A stretch of 64,000 bases of DNA, taken from the NCBI GenBank assembly GCA_951406725.2, contig OX597820.1, positions 35,898,001-35,962,000 on the forward strand, given 5' to 3'. Position 1 is the first letter of the stretch. Each line of letters opens with the position of its first letter. The notes under the pieces are model-generated. The model saw only the letters and a list, made by a program, of their open reading frames with translations, did not search any database and was not told where the DNA came from. Both the position numbers and the translations under genes were made by a program. Of this stretch, positions 26,105 to 39,681 are shown piece after piece. Source of the stretch: Octopus vulgaris. Its lineage: Eukaryota.

Positions 26105-29100
26105 TATGTTTGACTTTTGCTTTATATTTGTACAAGTTGGCTCCAAGTCTCACCCAGAGACCTCAAGAGACAACAGGGTTGGAAGTTCATGTTGTTGTTA
26201 TGCCTAGTGTGCCATATATTTGGGGGGTGGGGTGTTGTACTAATGAATATCTAAAAAAAAAAAATTTTTTTTTTTTTTAAACCGAAAATTATGTTTGTTT
26301 TAAACCTTGAGATTACATAGAAAGTATTTTGCGTAGGATATGAGCAGTTCCCATGAGCACTATCTTTTGAATTTCTGCCATTTTTGGGTTTCCTGGTATC
26401 TGAGTTAGGTAGCTATCTGCCCCTTTTGCTATCATTCCCAGGGCACCTATGACAACAGGTATTGTTTTAGTCTTCAGCTTCCACATTTTGCTGATTTCTA
26501 TTTCAGGATCTTTATATTTGCTCAGTTTTTGGTAGGTCTTGACAGATACGTTTGTATCGATTGGGACAGTCATATCAATGAGGAGGCATGTTCTTTGTTT
26601 GAAATCTTTCAATATGATGTCTGGCCTATTTGCATCTATCTTTCTGTCAGTTTGAATGGCGAAGTTCCAGAGGAGTGAGATGTGGTCATTTTCAAGCACT
26701 GGGGGTGGTTTGTGTTCCCACCAGTTTTTTTCATGGGGCAAATCCAGGTTTTTACAGATTACCCAGTGAATATATTGTGCAGCTCTATCGTGCCTGTTGA
26801 GATACTCTGTAGGCGCTAGAAGACTGCACTTGGAGACCACATGGTCAATGGTTTCATTTTGTTGCTTGCATACACGACACGTTGGACTGCTTCTGATCTT
26901 TAATATGTTGGCCTGGTAGTTTCTTGTTGGTAGGCATTGATCTTGAGCTGCTATGATAAACCCCTCTGTTTCAGATTTTAAGCCAGAGGCCATTAGCCAT
27001 TGATGGGTCAGGGCTTTGTCAACATCTGCATTATTTGCTCTCTTTGGGTATTTGCCATAGAGAGGTTTTTCTTGCCATTTATCATTTAGAATATCTAAGG
27101 CCGCAGATTTAGCACGGGTTTTCATGCGCTTAGCTTTTTCTGTGCCTGTTTCTTGTATGTCTATCTCTAATTCCGGAATTTGTTGTATTCGGAATTCACT
27201 TAGATATTCCTTTGCCTGTTTTGTTACTGAGTATGATGCTTTCTTGTTTTCATGTTTTGAGACAAGTTTTAACATCCAGTCCTCAGAGTTTTTCAGGTAG
27301 GTGTCTAGGCCAATTGTAGCAATCTTCATTGTTATTGCCAGTTGTAAAAGTCCGCGGCCTCCCTCTTTTCTTGGCAGATAAAGTCGTTCTGTATCTGCCT
27401 TAGGGTGGTGCATTCTATGCATTGTCAACAGTTTTCGTATTTTTCTGTCAAAATTACATATTTCAGTAATTGACCAGTTAACGATACTGAAACTGTAAGT
27501 CACGACTGGTATGGCTAATGCATTGATCGCTTCGATCCTGTTTCTCGCATTCAGCTCTGTCTTGAGTATTGCTCTTACTCTGCGATAGCATTCTCACCTG
27601 ATCCTTTCCTTCATCTCTGAATGCCTTATTCCTTCTCCTTCAATTACCCCTAGATACTTGTAGTTCTCTGCTGGGTCTAATTCTTTTATGACATTCTGCT
27701 GGTCAAGGTTAACGTTAGATGTTTCTGTCATTTTTCCTTTGATAAAGGTAGCTTTTGCGCATTTATCGAGGCCAAATTGCATTCTGATGTCATCACTGAA
27801 TTGTTTGACAATCGCTAGTAAGCCCTTGAGTTGTTGGTCATTTTTTGCAAAGAGCTTTAAATCATCCATGTAAATGAGATGATTTATATTTTTATCAAAC
27901 ATTTTATATCCGTACTGCGCATCATTGAGCAGTTTTGAGAGAGGTATTAAGGCTAAACAGAAGAGGAGCGGTGATAGTGAGTCACCCTGGAAAATGCCAC
28001 ATGAAATTTTTACATCACCAGCATTTAGAGATTCATTGTCACTGTTCAAAGTTAGTGTGGTTCTCCATGATCTCATACTTACAGACAAAAAGTTTCGCAG
28101 AGCAGGTGCTATCTTATACATTTCTAGGCATTTATTAATCCAGCTATGTGGTAGGCTATCAAAAGCCTTTTTATAGTCTATCCAGGCTATTGATAAGTTT
28201 TTGTGTCGTTTGTGACAATCTTCTAAGATAATCTTATTGATGAGTAGTTGATCTTTACAACCGTAGGATCCACGTCTACATCCTTTCTGTTCATTAGGGA
28301 ATATGCTGCTGTCTGTCAAAAAACTATAGGTATACTCCGTCAGGACAGATGTTAGTGTTTTATACATAGTTGTTAAGCAGGTTATGGGTCTATAGTTTTT
28401 GGGTTCATTTGTTTCTTCACTTTTTGGAAGCAGGAATGTTAACCCATTAACTAGCCAAGGAGGCATCCTACTAGGGTGTTGCAAAACATCATTGTAAAGT
28501 TCTGCTAGCAGTTCATGGCTCTCTGGGAAGGCATTCAACCAAAAGTTAGGGATTTTATCCTTTCCTGGAGACTTCCATTTGCTTGACCTCCTGAGAGCAG
28601 ATCTTATATCTTCTACCTTGACACCCTCCCACTTTTGCTCTTCTAAGGAGTCCAGTTCTTTAGATATTCTATCAATCCAGGGGCCTTTTTGCTGTGTGTT
28701 TTTTCTTCTGCCCAAATTTTATTCCAAAATCCCTGCACTTCTTCTTTTGATGGTACAGACTTTACAGTAACTGTTGTTTTTCCTATCTTCCTGTAAAAAT
28801 GTTTGGGATTATTTTTGAACATGTTGTTGTCCCTGTAGAATCTAATACGCTTTTCATACCTCGCTATGCGGGCAGCTTTAGCAGATACCTTTTGCTTGAT
28901 GGTTTCTATGGTGGCATCAATATCAAGTATAGTTTTCATATTATATTTTTTCATTAGTTTTGGGGTTTTTGCAGGTTTGGTAGTCTTATGAACCTTAAGG
29001 TTTTTCAAATATTCAATGTCAGATCTAAATAGTTTAATTTGTTGTTGCAAACGCTCTTGCCAAGAAGGCTTTTTGTGGAAATGTTGCCGTTTTCTAATCT

Positions 29101-30050
29101 TTTCACCACATAGGATCGTTGAGATTTTCGCGGATGCATAGTATAGGTGGTTGAGATCTGTGATATCAACATCATTAGCTGAAATTATATCCTTAAGTGC
29201 AAGCCGGATTTTACCAATTATTTTCATATTTTGGTTAGATTTGCGTATTTTAGGGAGTGTATCACGTTCATCCATACTGGTTTCTTTAATTTTCATCCAT
29301 TCAATCATGATTTGACTTTTTAGCTCATGTAGTTCTGTCGGGTCAATATTTGTGTGACTTTCTTCATCTATTTGATGTTCATCTGTCTTAGTGTTTATAT
29401 TTTGTTCAGGGAGTATTTCACTTTGCCTATCACTTATACTAACTCTTTCAATCCTTACTTCGTTTGTATTAGCTCTGAGCTGGTCTATAATTATTTCCTC
29501 TGTATTATCTTCTTTAGCTGCAGCTTCGTTCATTCTATCCGTTACTGCTTGTTTAATTTGATCAATCTCTACTTCAGTCAGTAATTTTTTTTTTTATAAT
29601 GTTTCTTCTGACGTTGGCAAGTTTGTTACTGTCTATGTAGGGTCTTACTTCAGGGTGTTTCTGTCTCCAGTTTATGTAGGTTTGTATAGTGTTCGATTTA
29701 TCTGTGGGGAAATATATGGCATGATAGAAGGCTGCAAGAACTTCTTTATTATCTTCCCTAGTCCATTTTTCCTTCTTTTTCTTTTGAGTGTTTGGTGACG
29801 AGCATGGATGGCCATCTGTTGGAATATTCCAGTTGCGGGGTACGTCCAGCTCCTGTGTGTCGGGAAGATTTGATCCAGTAGCTGATTTTTCAATCAGACT
29901 TTGGTTCAATTTTCGGGTACGTGGTCTTTTGTAATCCGCGCAATGACCAATGCGGTTTATTGTTTGATTTGTTGACCTTGAAGCATGACGAGCTTCGACT
30001 CTTACATTAAGAGACGGATCTGTCAGTTTAGGATTTTCTGCACGTAAACA

Positions 30051-30053
<3 letters not shown>
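26104..30053 (-). mobile_element. Near full-length R4/Dong-clade non-LTR retrotransposon (family A) inserted in (TAA)n
   Basis: Single long ORF remnant with RT and C-terminal RLE; about 210-bp 3' UTR ending ...AAACATAG(AAT)n; (TAA)n on both flanks. Confidence 0.95.
26313..30053 (-). pseudogene. Dong/R4 polyprotein: RT, CCHC knuckle, PD-(D/E)XK restriction-like endonuclease; three lesions
   Basis: Motifs YRPITCL, EQKG, IDYKKAFDS, GIFQGDSLSPLLF, YMDD, YKYLG, CRVC..ETIDHVVSKC, RHD, RPD..ID..P..K..KY. Frameshifts near 29590 (A-run) and 28680 (C-run); in-frame TGA at 27594-27596. Confidence 0.93.
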
Positions 30054-30108
<55 letters not shown>

Positions 30109-30127
30109 CATCATTATTATTATTATT

Positions 30128-30192
<65 letters not shown>

Positions 30193-30227
30193 TATCATCA
30201 TCATCATCATCATTATTATTATTATCA

Positions 30228-31335
30228 TTGCCTTTGCACAGCTTCTAACGCTGGAGATGTACTACAGTGTCAGCTGTTCACTACCAGTGAACTAAGGTAA
30301 CACCTTATTTTTCCAGCACCTTCCGGAGTATTCGAGCGGTTCTAAGCTGTGCTGTTTTCTGTAAGTGCTCCACCCTTATTGCAGCCCCTATTTGTTCCAT
30401 GTACTCCTCGAGTTTTTATTCACTGTTCCTAGGTCTCCGACAATTATTGGTACCACTACCACCTTTTTCATCGACCACAACAGCTTTGCCTCCCAAGCTA
30501 ACCTGTCATACCTATCTAGTTTTCTTTCTTCTTTATTGCATACCTTGTTGTTACCTGGACATGCTATATCTATGATCCAGCATAGCTTACTTTCTTTCTC
30601 AATTAAAACTATCTCTGGCTTCCTATTTTCTATCTCATGGTCGCACTGAATCATAAAAATCGCACAGGATCTTTACCTTATCATTTCTGCGTTTGTTATG
30701 ACAGTTCTCAAGGATCATGCGATTGATTAAGAATTGGTCTTTGCATCCATGTAAGCTTCACCGGCATCCTCTTTGTTCAGTGGGGAAAATATCGTTCTGT
30801 TCTATAAAATTATGTTTTCTCCACGAGAATGGATGTTAAACTTTTGTACGTGGTAGACAGGCATGTTATAGGCCGATAGTTTGGGAGAAATTTGGTTTCT
30901 TTATTCTTCGAGAGAAGGTAAGTAATCAGGTGTTTTCGTAGGATCTCTCATAATTTCATTTAACAACTGAACTAACTCTTCGTGTGCGCACGGGAACGAT
31001 GCGAGCCAGAAAATTGATACTCTATCATTAGCAGGAAATTTCCACTTATGAGTCTTCGTGAGTGTCATCCTTAGGTCTGCTATTGTGATATCCTCTCGTG
31101 CTTGTTCTGACAAATTTTGATAGAATCTTTCTGTGCGTCTAACCCAGTCTGCATTTTCATTGTATGTCTTTTCATCACTCCAAATATTTTTCCAAAAGTT
31201 TTCGACATCTTCCATAGGAGGAGGAGGGGTTTTCAACGGTTATTTTCTCCTTCCCTATTTCTCTGTAGAATGTTTGCGCATTGGATGTGAACAGCTTATT
31301 TTGCTTGGAAAACTCGTTTCTCTTCTCAAATCTTC
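30228..31335 (-). mobile_element. Deleted and degenerate Dong-like element (family B)
   Basis: FWKNIW...KWKFPANDRVSIFWL, NYRPITCL, EQRGCR, KPEIVLI...IDIACP; 3' end matches 50171-50506; flanked by ATT/ATC repeats. Confidence 0.85.
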
Positions 31336-31358
31336 ATGTTCTTTATTATCATTATTAT

Positions 31359-31390
<32 letters not shown>

Positions 31391-31984
31391 CTGCTGCTGT
31401 TGTTATTGTCACTGTTGTTATACTACTACTACTATTACTATACATGCTTTAAACTACTTTTATTCGAATATTTAATTAAGCGTGGGATTGTCATTTTCGC
31501 TAATGACTCAGAGAAAGAGAACAAGGATGTCAAAGTGAGGACGATACCGCTGAAGGAATTTCCTTTTTCCCACACTGCATTCAGCACCACTTTCTAATTC
31601 AAAACAGGATGTTATATAATATACACAAATGAAAATGCTTCACTGAATATATATTGATTAGCATACGCTTGTCGCCAAAAATGCCGACACTTTTATTAAT
31701 GATAGAAATCGGTGCATCAAAACAATAAGAGAAACCATTTATAAATGTCACCAACAGAGTAAAAATATGTACGTGCACAGTATTGAAGCAAGTGAATAAT
31801 CGTATACGGTTGTAGCGTGAAAGATTTTGTAGACTGGATACCCTTCTTGTCGCCAACCCTTACTTATTGCCAACTAAAATAATATTTTACTATGTCCAGA
31901 CATTTTTCATGAAAGGTTGCAAGCAGAAAGTCAGACACTCCTACAAGGAAAGCAGACAGTAAAACACACAAACACATGTGCACG

Positions 31985-32025
<41 letters not shown>

Positions 32026-32143
32026 CACACATGTATGTATGTATGTATGTATGTATGCATGTATGTATGTATGTGTGTGTGTATGTATGTATGTATGTAT
32101 GTATGTATGTATGTATGTATGTATGTATGTATGTATATACATG

Positions 32144-32217
<74 letters not shown>

Positions 32218-32560
32218 TAGATGTGACTGTGAGGTAAGAACCCTGCTCCCAACAACATGGATCAGGATTCACTCCCTGCAGTCCTACTGCCTGGCACCTT
32301 GGGCAAGTTTCTTCTACTATAGCCTCAGGCCGACCAAAGCATTGTGAGTGGGATTGGCAGGCGGAAACTGAAAGAAGCCCGTCGCATATATGTATATATA
32401 TATATATACATATGTATATATCTATGTGTGAGTGTCTTTGTGTCTGTGTTGGTCCCCCACCACCGTTTGATAACCGGTGTTGGTGTGTTTATGTCTCTGT
32501 GACCTAGCGGTTCAGCAAAAATGACTTATAGAATAAGTACTACGCCTTAAAAAAAATAAG
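32218..32560 (+). mobile_element. Degenerate SINE family A
   Basis: ggcaccttgggcaag...ggaaactgaaagaagcccgtcg. Confidence 0.8.
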
Positions 32561-33486
32561 TCAACAAGTAGAAAAGCACTCGATCAGCTAAGAGAGTAAA
32601 AGTAATCTTATGATAAAATACCACAAATCTTGTTAAATACAGTTACCTAGGGTTTCTTGGTCGAAATAATTTATTCTACCTTGTTTACAGCTTCATAAAT
32701 GGTGGAATGAATTATTTTTCAACCAGGAAACTCTGGGTACCAGATTTGTGTTTTTTTTTATTATAAGATTACATGTATATGAGTGTGTGATAGAGAGAGT
32801 AAATGATTGCATGTGCATGTATACATGTATGTATATATGTATGTGCATTGCATATAAGCTTGGATTTGGCTGTGCAGTCAAGGAGTTTGCCTTGCAACTT
32901 CATGGTTTTAAGTTCCATTCCACTGCTCTGCCCCAAATGAGAAAGTATCCTCTATTGTAGCTTTAATTCACCCAAAGCCTTGCTACTGAAATTTGGTACG
33001 ATGAAATTTCTGTGGAAGCATATTGGTCAGAAGAATCGTTTCCTGTTTGAGGCTGACGGATTTAATATTTCACTCGACGGTACCATTGGTGGACTAGAGT
33101 TTGTTGTATATATACAGACATACAAACACATACATACAGACAAACAAAAATACCCTATTGATGATGTTGAAATTCCAATGAAGGAGCTTTGAATCTAGGT
33201 TACAAACTGGGTCTTTCTCTATTGGCAAGAAACATTGAAATAAAACTGAATAACGACATACATGCATACATGCATACATACATACATACATACATACATA
33301 CATACATACATACATACAAACATACATACATATGGACATATGTAAAAACATATACACATACAACAGACACATGTACATACACACATACATATGCACATAC
33401 GTAAACATGCATACACACATACATACACAAATACATACACATGATAGTTGTCTACTCCTTATGCAGAGTTTGACCACCTCTTGTAC

Positions 33487-33935
33487 TTACTCCTGAGATC
33501 CATCATGGCGTCTGATGTGGCCTTTTAAACCAGACAATGTATTGAAAAGACACCCACATCGATTGCATATCTGATTTCGACCACCAAGAGCTGCAGTTAA
33601 GTTCTGGCCTTTGTGGATCTTAAAATGTCTTTTGAGGCCTCCGTTAGCCTTGCAGACCTTATAGCATTCACGGCATTGAAAGATATGCACAGATATATAG
33701 ACAGAGTAGTTGGTGGAGGTTCGTTTTTCATGGGTCTGCAAATGAGATTTAAGCCCAGCAAAAAAAAAGAAAGAAAGACATGGTCTGTCACAAACTGTAC
33801 ACAAAAAAGGTTACTGAGATTCACCTTCTCGATCGCAACATTCTTCTTTAAATCTTTCTTGAGTCTTGCATTTGTCATCCTGGCCTAGGCAAAAGCTTTA
33901 ACTCTACTCCACACTTTCGTTTGCCATCGAGCTCA
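33487..33935 (-). pseudogene. RTE-like LINE C-terminus carrying three C2H2 zinc fingers (disrupted)
   Basis: RWQTKVWSRVKAFA*ARMTNARLKKDLKK, then after a frameshift CTVC..GLKSHLQTH, CREC..GLKRHFKIH, CNRC..GLKGHIRRH. Confidence 0.7.
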
Positions 33936-34632
33936 TACATACACGCACATAGTTATAAAGATTTTATCCTATTTTTGAATTGTAAATTTAACCGGAATAT
34001 ATTCAGTGCTGAATTTATTCTGAATAAACACGTGTACTAAGATGCAATTTGAAAAACCCACCTCTTTCATAGATATATAAGAGTGAACGACTCTATGTAC
34101 TATGCTGGATACATTTGATGTTCGCCTGGTTTGTTGATTTTTTGTTGTTGTTTTTTTATGTGTGTGAAATTGTGTTCTATTATATGCACGATTGACGAGT
34201 ACATCTAAGACGCCGACCTGTATAACATCAGAAAGTGGTCCGTGGTAGATTGCAGAAGACCACGCACATTTTTTGACTAAATACTTAAAATGGCTACAGC
34301 TATATGTAGATTTTGTGTTACGCTGTGAGAAATATCACGACCTGAACATCTTGGACATCACCAGTTGCACGCCGAACAAAATGCTTTTCGTCCATCTTTG
34401 CGTTATGTGTTCAAATACCGCTGAGGTCCACTTTGCGGGTCGATAAATTTAAGTGCCAGTTAAACATTGGGATTGTGTCTACAGTGGAAAAGATTATTGT
34501 TGCTGTTGTTGTTTCCATGTCGTTTTGTAGAAAATTCTTTACAAGCAACATATAGACGAAGAATAAATACAATACGCAAAAACAATTGACTTCAGGATTT
34601 GGTCCCAGAATGTAAATGAGCACGATGAATAT

Positions 34633-34830
34633 ATTAGTTTCAAATTTTGACACAAAGCCCGCAATTTCGGGTGAGTGAGCTAAGTCGATTACTCCGATCC
34701 CAGTGTTCAGCTGGTACTTTATTTCATCGACCCCTGAGAAGATGAAAGGCAAAATCCACATTGACGGAATTTGAACTCAGAACGTGAAGACCGACGAAAT
34801 GCTACTTAGCAATTTGCTCGGCTTCTGCCA
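34633..34830 (-). mobile_element. SINE family B, tail type 3
   Basis: Family B core with tttcaaattttgacacaaagc tail. Confidence 0.8.
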
Positions 34831-35353
34831 TTTCACCAACAAGACCTGACAATCTACTTTCCCGCTATTTTACAAACATTATTTTTTTTTCGACATTTTT
34901 AATATTTCCATGTTGTTTTATTGAAAATCCCATAAAACAAACACAAACACAGGTAAGAAGAATAAAGCACAATACATGGGAACGAAGGTGTGAAAACAAC
35001 ATCGACCGGACGTCGCTTGACGCCTTCTTTCAATTTTTTTGTTTTTTTTTAACATTCTAGCTTTATATTTACTCGCCTATCACTCTACTCTCTCTCTCCC
35101 TCTCTTTCTCTCTTTCTCACTCCTCGTTTATAAAAAGCAGTTGTATTTTCTCTATTATACTAAAAGCAGTAATCAGTGTGAAATTTCCGACTAAATAGCT
35201 ATAATTATCAACGCGTACATTAGGGTGTTGTTATGTGTGCGTGCGTGTGTGCATGTATGTGTGTGTGTGTGTGTGTGATAACTAAACAAGGACAGAGAAT
35301 AAGTTTATTTTTAGACAGGTGTGTGAATGCATGTATATATGTGCGTATTTACG

Positions 35354-35384
<31 letters not shown>

Positions 35385-36096
35385 GTATTGCGTTGACATA
35401 TATACATATAAGCTATAAATATATACAAATTCGACACACCTCTTTAAGAATAGATTCATTTCTCCGTCCTTGTTTAATTATCACATACACACGATATACA
35501 TACATACATACATACATACATACATACATACATACATACATACATACACACATACATACATATATATATATATGTATATATGTGTATGCATGTGTTGTTT
35601 ATGAAATATACATGTATGTGAATGCATGGGTGTAAAGGGATTCATGTGTATGTGCGTGTGATATTTAAACAAGGACGAAGTTAGTGTACTTTTAAATGTA
35701 TCAAAACTGTGCAGCTAGCCATCTTTCCATCGTTCCATACATACATACATACATACATACATACATACATACATACAAGCAAACATACATACACTGCTGA
35801 ACCCAAAATGAATGTGCCAGATCAATTTTTCAACAATTTTTAACTATTCGATCAATTCTCTTTTACCTACAAAGCAAGAACATGCAGAAATTAATATGAA
35901 ATATCAACCTCATCTTTTTATAAATCACCCTTGTTTTTTTTTTGTTTTTTTTTTTCCTTGCACCAAGAAGTACCAATATTTCACAGTTGCTCTTTCATAT
36001 TTCACAGTTCCTGAAAGGTTTTTAGAGTGTTTGTACCCGATATATTTCTATGTATTCTTTATGAAGTTCATAGTTAAGCAGTGGCCAATCCAGAAT

Positions 36097-37066
36097 GGGA
36101 TCCGGACAAAATCCCAATAGGACAAAAGCCCCATAGTTAAAGTTGGAAAGTGGACAAAAGCCCCTCAGACAACAGCCTCATGGTTATATTTTTCGGTTAC
36201 GTTTCCGTTTTTTTTTGTTGTTGTTTTTTTACTTGTTGCAGCCATTAGCATTTTAGCCGAATATATCGATCCCAGAATCTTTTTAGGTGAGGATTTCAAC
36301 CAGCACATGAAGTTAAACCTAGATGGTTTCTCCACATGATAGAAATAGCAGCCAAATCTTTACAATTTTTTTTTTATAATTTCACGTAAACAAAAACGGA
36401 AATCGCGATTGTAAAAAAAACATTTATTTTCCAAAATTCTAAATATTCGACTGAAAATCAATTTGTAGAATAGAATAACAGAACACAAGACTCTTTACTA
36501 CTCAATGTTCGTATTGTCTGAATTCTAACAAAAGAGAAAGTATTTATTTCAAAACATGTGTAAAAACATAAAAATTATATGAAATATCGTGTGAATGAAC
36601 TAGCCTTCAGCGCCATAATTCTGTTAGACATACAATGGCCAGAGAAAGTTCAAAAGGTCAGCCCATTCTCATTAATCTGTAAGTGCTGAGAAAAGAAAAC
36701 AAAAGACTTTAAATTTAAAATTTTAAATGCTGATTTTTCTGCGACTAAAAATTCTTCAAGGCGGTGCCCCAGCATGGCCGCATTCTAATAACTGCAACAA
36801 GTAAAAATAAAAAAAAATTTTGGCGTCGATACGTTGATCTAAAAATTCTTCGAGGTGATGCCCCAGCATGGCCACAGTCTAATGACTGAAACAAGTAAAA
36901 GGTGAAAAAAAAAACAAATAACCGAAAAACATAACCGTGGGGCTTTTCTCCGAGGGGCTTTTGCCCCCTTTCACACTTTAACTATGGGGCTTTTGTCTGA
37001 GAGGCTTTTGTCTGAGGGGCTTTTGTCCGTGGGGCTTTTGTCCGTAGGGGCTTTTGTCCTACACTC
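36097..37066. mobile_element. Non-autonomous MULE/MuDR-like element with subterminal tandem repeats
   Basis: GGACAAAAGCCCC units on the left and GGGGCTTTTGTCC units on the right, long imperfect TIRs, G...C ends, 9-bp TSD ATCCAGAAT (36088-36096) / ATCCAGAAC (37067-37075). Confidence 0.8.
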
Positions 37067-38091
37067 ATCCAGAACATAATTTTCAGGAAGTTCCTTGTTC
37101 TAACCAATGTTTGTTGATCTGGACAAAAGGAGAGGAACAGTACACTGCTGACAGAAAACGACTTAGTTAAGTGGGTTTTTTTTTTTTTTTACCTGGTATT
37201 ATCTTGTTTTTCGTTCGTTCTTTTTTCTTTGAGCAGTAACACACTCTCTCTCTCTCTCCCTCTCCCCCCTCTCTCTTTCACTCTATCCCTCACATACTCA
37301 CTCTCTCTGTTTCTTTCTCACACACTATTTCTGACTAACTGATTTTCTTTCGCTTTCTCTTTCTTTCATTTTCTCCTCTCACACACCTCTCCTTCACTCT
37401 CTCACGCTCCCTTACTCTCTTTGACTCACCCTCACTCCCCTCTCTCTCCCTCTCTCTCTCTCCCTCTCCCTCTCTCTCTCCTTGTAATATATTTTTAGAT
37501 AATCCAAAGCAGTCATTTTGACTCTCCATATTGTTTAACTTCTCAAAGATCCGCAAATGAAAATCTACCGCATCCCATGATTCCACCTCATTCCTGCTTG
37601 AAAATAACTAAAATACATTCAGGATCAAATTCTCACCAATTCTGGGAATGCAACTTCCTGGGGCAGTAAATTGGCAGAGTCGTTAGCGCATCGAACAAAT
37701 TGCTTCGCGGTAATTGTTCTGGCTCTCTACGCTCTGAGTTCAAATTCCACCAAAGTCCACTTCACTTTTTATCCTTTCTTATTGAATTCTTATTTCAAAT
37801 CCTGCCTTGGCTTACTCTGGTGGTAGATTTAACTCGTTGCCTGCTTCAATACCAGTACCTGGCGCGTTGTGTACCTTTAGCGGACACAACTCTGTTATGA
37901 GAATTCAGGCCAGGTTTTCTGTTTGATGATACCTTTAAATCTTTCTTGCGTCTTAATATGTGTCATCCGCCTCCTGCTAGTCTCAAGGGTGGGTTGTGAA
38001 GAGTCATAGGTACAGTTGTACTCTTCTGATAATTAAAAAAAATACTACCAAGTTTGGGTATTTTGCGTCTGTGTATGTTGTGTGTGTGTTT

Positions 38092-38158
<67 letters not shown>

Positions 38159-38234
38159 TACACAAGTAGGTAACTCTTACTGTGAGTATGTCTGTGTCAA
38201 TGTGAAACAGGGTATGTGTCGATGTTATATACAG

Positions 38235-38386
38235 GAGCAGGCGTGGCAGAGTGTGGTTAGAAGCTTGCTTCCCAACCACATGGTTCCGTGTTCAGTACCA
38301 CTGCGAGGCACCTTGGGCAAGTGTCTTCAGGCCGACCAAAGCCTTGGGAGTGGATTTGGTAGACGGAAACTGAAAGAAGTCTGTTG

Positions 38387-38421
<35 letters not shown>

Positions 38422-38609
38422 ATCCTCACCATCGCTTGACGACCGATGTTGGTGTGTTTACGTCCCCGTAACTTACTGGTTCGGCCAAAAACTCTGATAG
38501 AATAAGTACTAGATTTACAAAGAATAAGTCCTGGGTCGAATTGTTCGACTAAAGGCGGTGCTCCAGCATGGCTACAGTCAAATCACTGAAACAAGTAAAA
38601 GAATAAAAT
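38235..38609 (+). mobile_element. SINE family A
   Basis: Full head-to-tail match to family A. Confidence 0.88.
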
Positions 38610-38644
38610 AATATGTATATATGTGGCATATTTTGTAATGTTGT

Positions 38645-38877
38645 TATTTCTTTACTGCCTACAAGGGGCTAAACACAGAGAGGACAAACAAGCACAGACA
38701 AAAGGATTAAGTCGATTCTATCGACACCAGTGCGTAGCTGGTACTTTATTTAATCGACCCCGAAAGGATGAAATGCAAAGTCGACTTCGGCGGGATTTGA
38801 ACTCAGAACGTAACGGCAGTCGAAATACGGTACGCATTTCGCCCGGCGTGCCAACGTTTCTGCCAGCTCGCCGCCTT
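38645..38877 (-). mobile_element. Full-length SINE family B, tail type 1
   Basis: 16-bp TSD tattttgtaatgttgt at 38629-38644 and 38879-38894. Confidence 0.93.
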
Positions 38878-39351
38878 GTATTTTGTAATGTTGTGTGTAG
38901 TGAAATGCGTGTGTGTGTGTAGGCGTGTGTGTGTGGGTGTGTGTTTGTGTGTATGTGTGGAGGTGTGGTGGGAGGTTGGTAGGGTTAGGTGAGTGAACTT
39001 GCTAAAGCAGGAGTGTATGTGTCTTTGTGCGGATGTATATTGCTACAGGAAGATTGGTAATAATTTATCCACTGGGACTAATTTTTTGCGGTGCAAAGAT
39101 GTGTTGCTGCTCACGCAGACACCAGGATGTTGGAGAACCGACCTGGGACTATCGTAGGCGTGGTGTAATGATGCATGATTAGGCGAGTGGAAGTCGTGGG
39201 CTACAATTTATTAAATCATGCATGCATCATTAGATCGACGAGTGACCGCTGGTGGCTTCGCTAATGAGCCTTATGCGTTTGATACAGAGTTTTCGGACAA
39301 TGCAAAAATTATTTCCGTGCTATTGCCTTCCGTCGGATGTTTTTTATATTT

Positions 39352-39417
39352 ATGATGATGATGATGATGATGATGATGACGACGACGACGATAACGATGA
39401 TGATGATGATGATGTTG

Positions 39418-39448
<31 letters not shown>

Positions 39449-39680
39449 TGATGATGATGATGAGGATGATGATGATGATGACGATGATGACGATGATGAC
39501 GATGATGGTGACGATGGTGGTGGTGGTAGTGGTGGTGATAGTGGTGGTGGTGGTGGTGGTGGTGGTGGTGGTGGTGGTGGTGGTGGTGGTGGTGGTGGTG
39601 GTGGTGGTGGTTGTGATGATGATGGTGGCGATGATGATGACGACGGCGACGATGATTATTGTTGTTGTTGTTGTTATTAT
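39352..39680. repeat. (GAT/GAC)n-(GGT)n compound trinucleotide tract
   Basis: Direct reading of the sequence. Confidence 0.93.
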
Positions 39681-39681
39681 T

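Noticed and set aside
33487-33804. Host C2H2 zinc-finger gene
   Set aside because: A frameshift and a stop lie upstream, there are no TGEKP linkers, and the preceding peptide resembles an RTE LINE C-terminus
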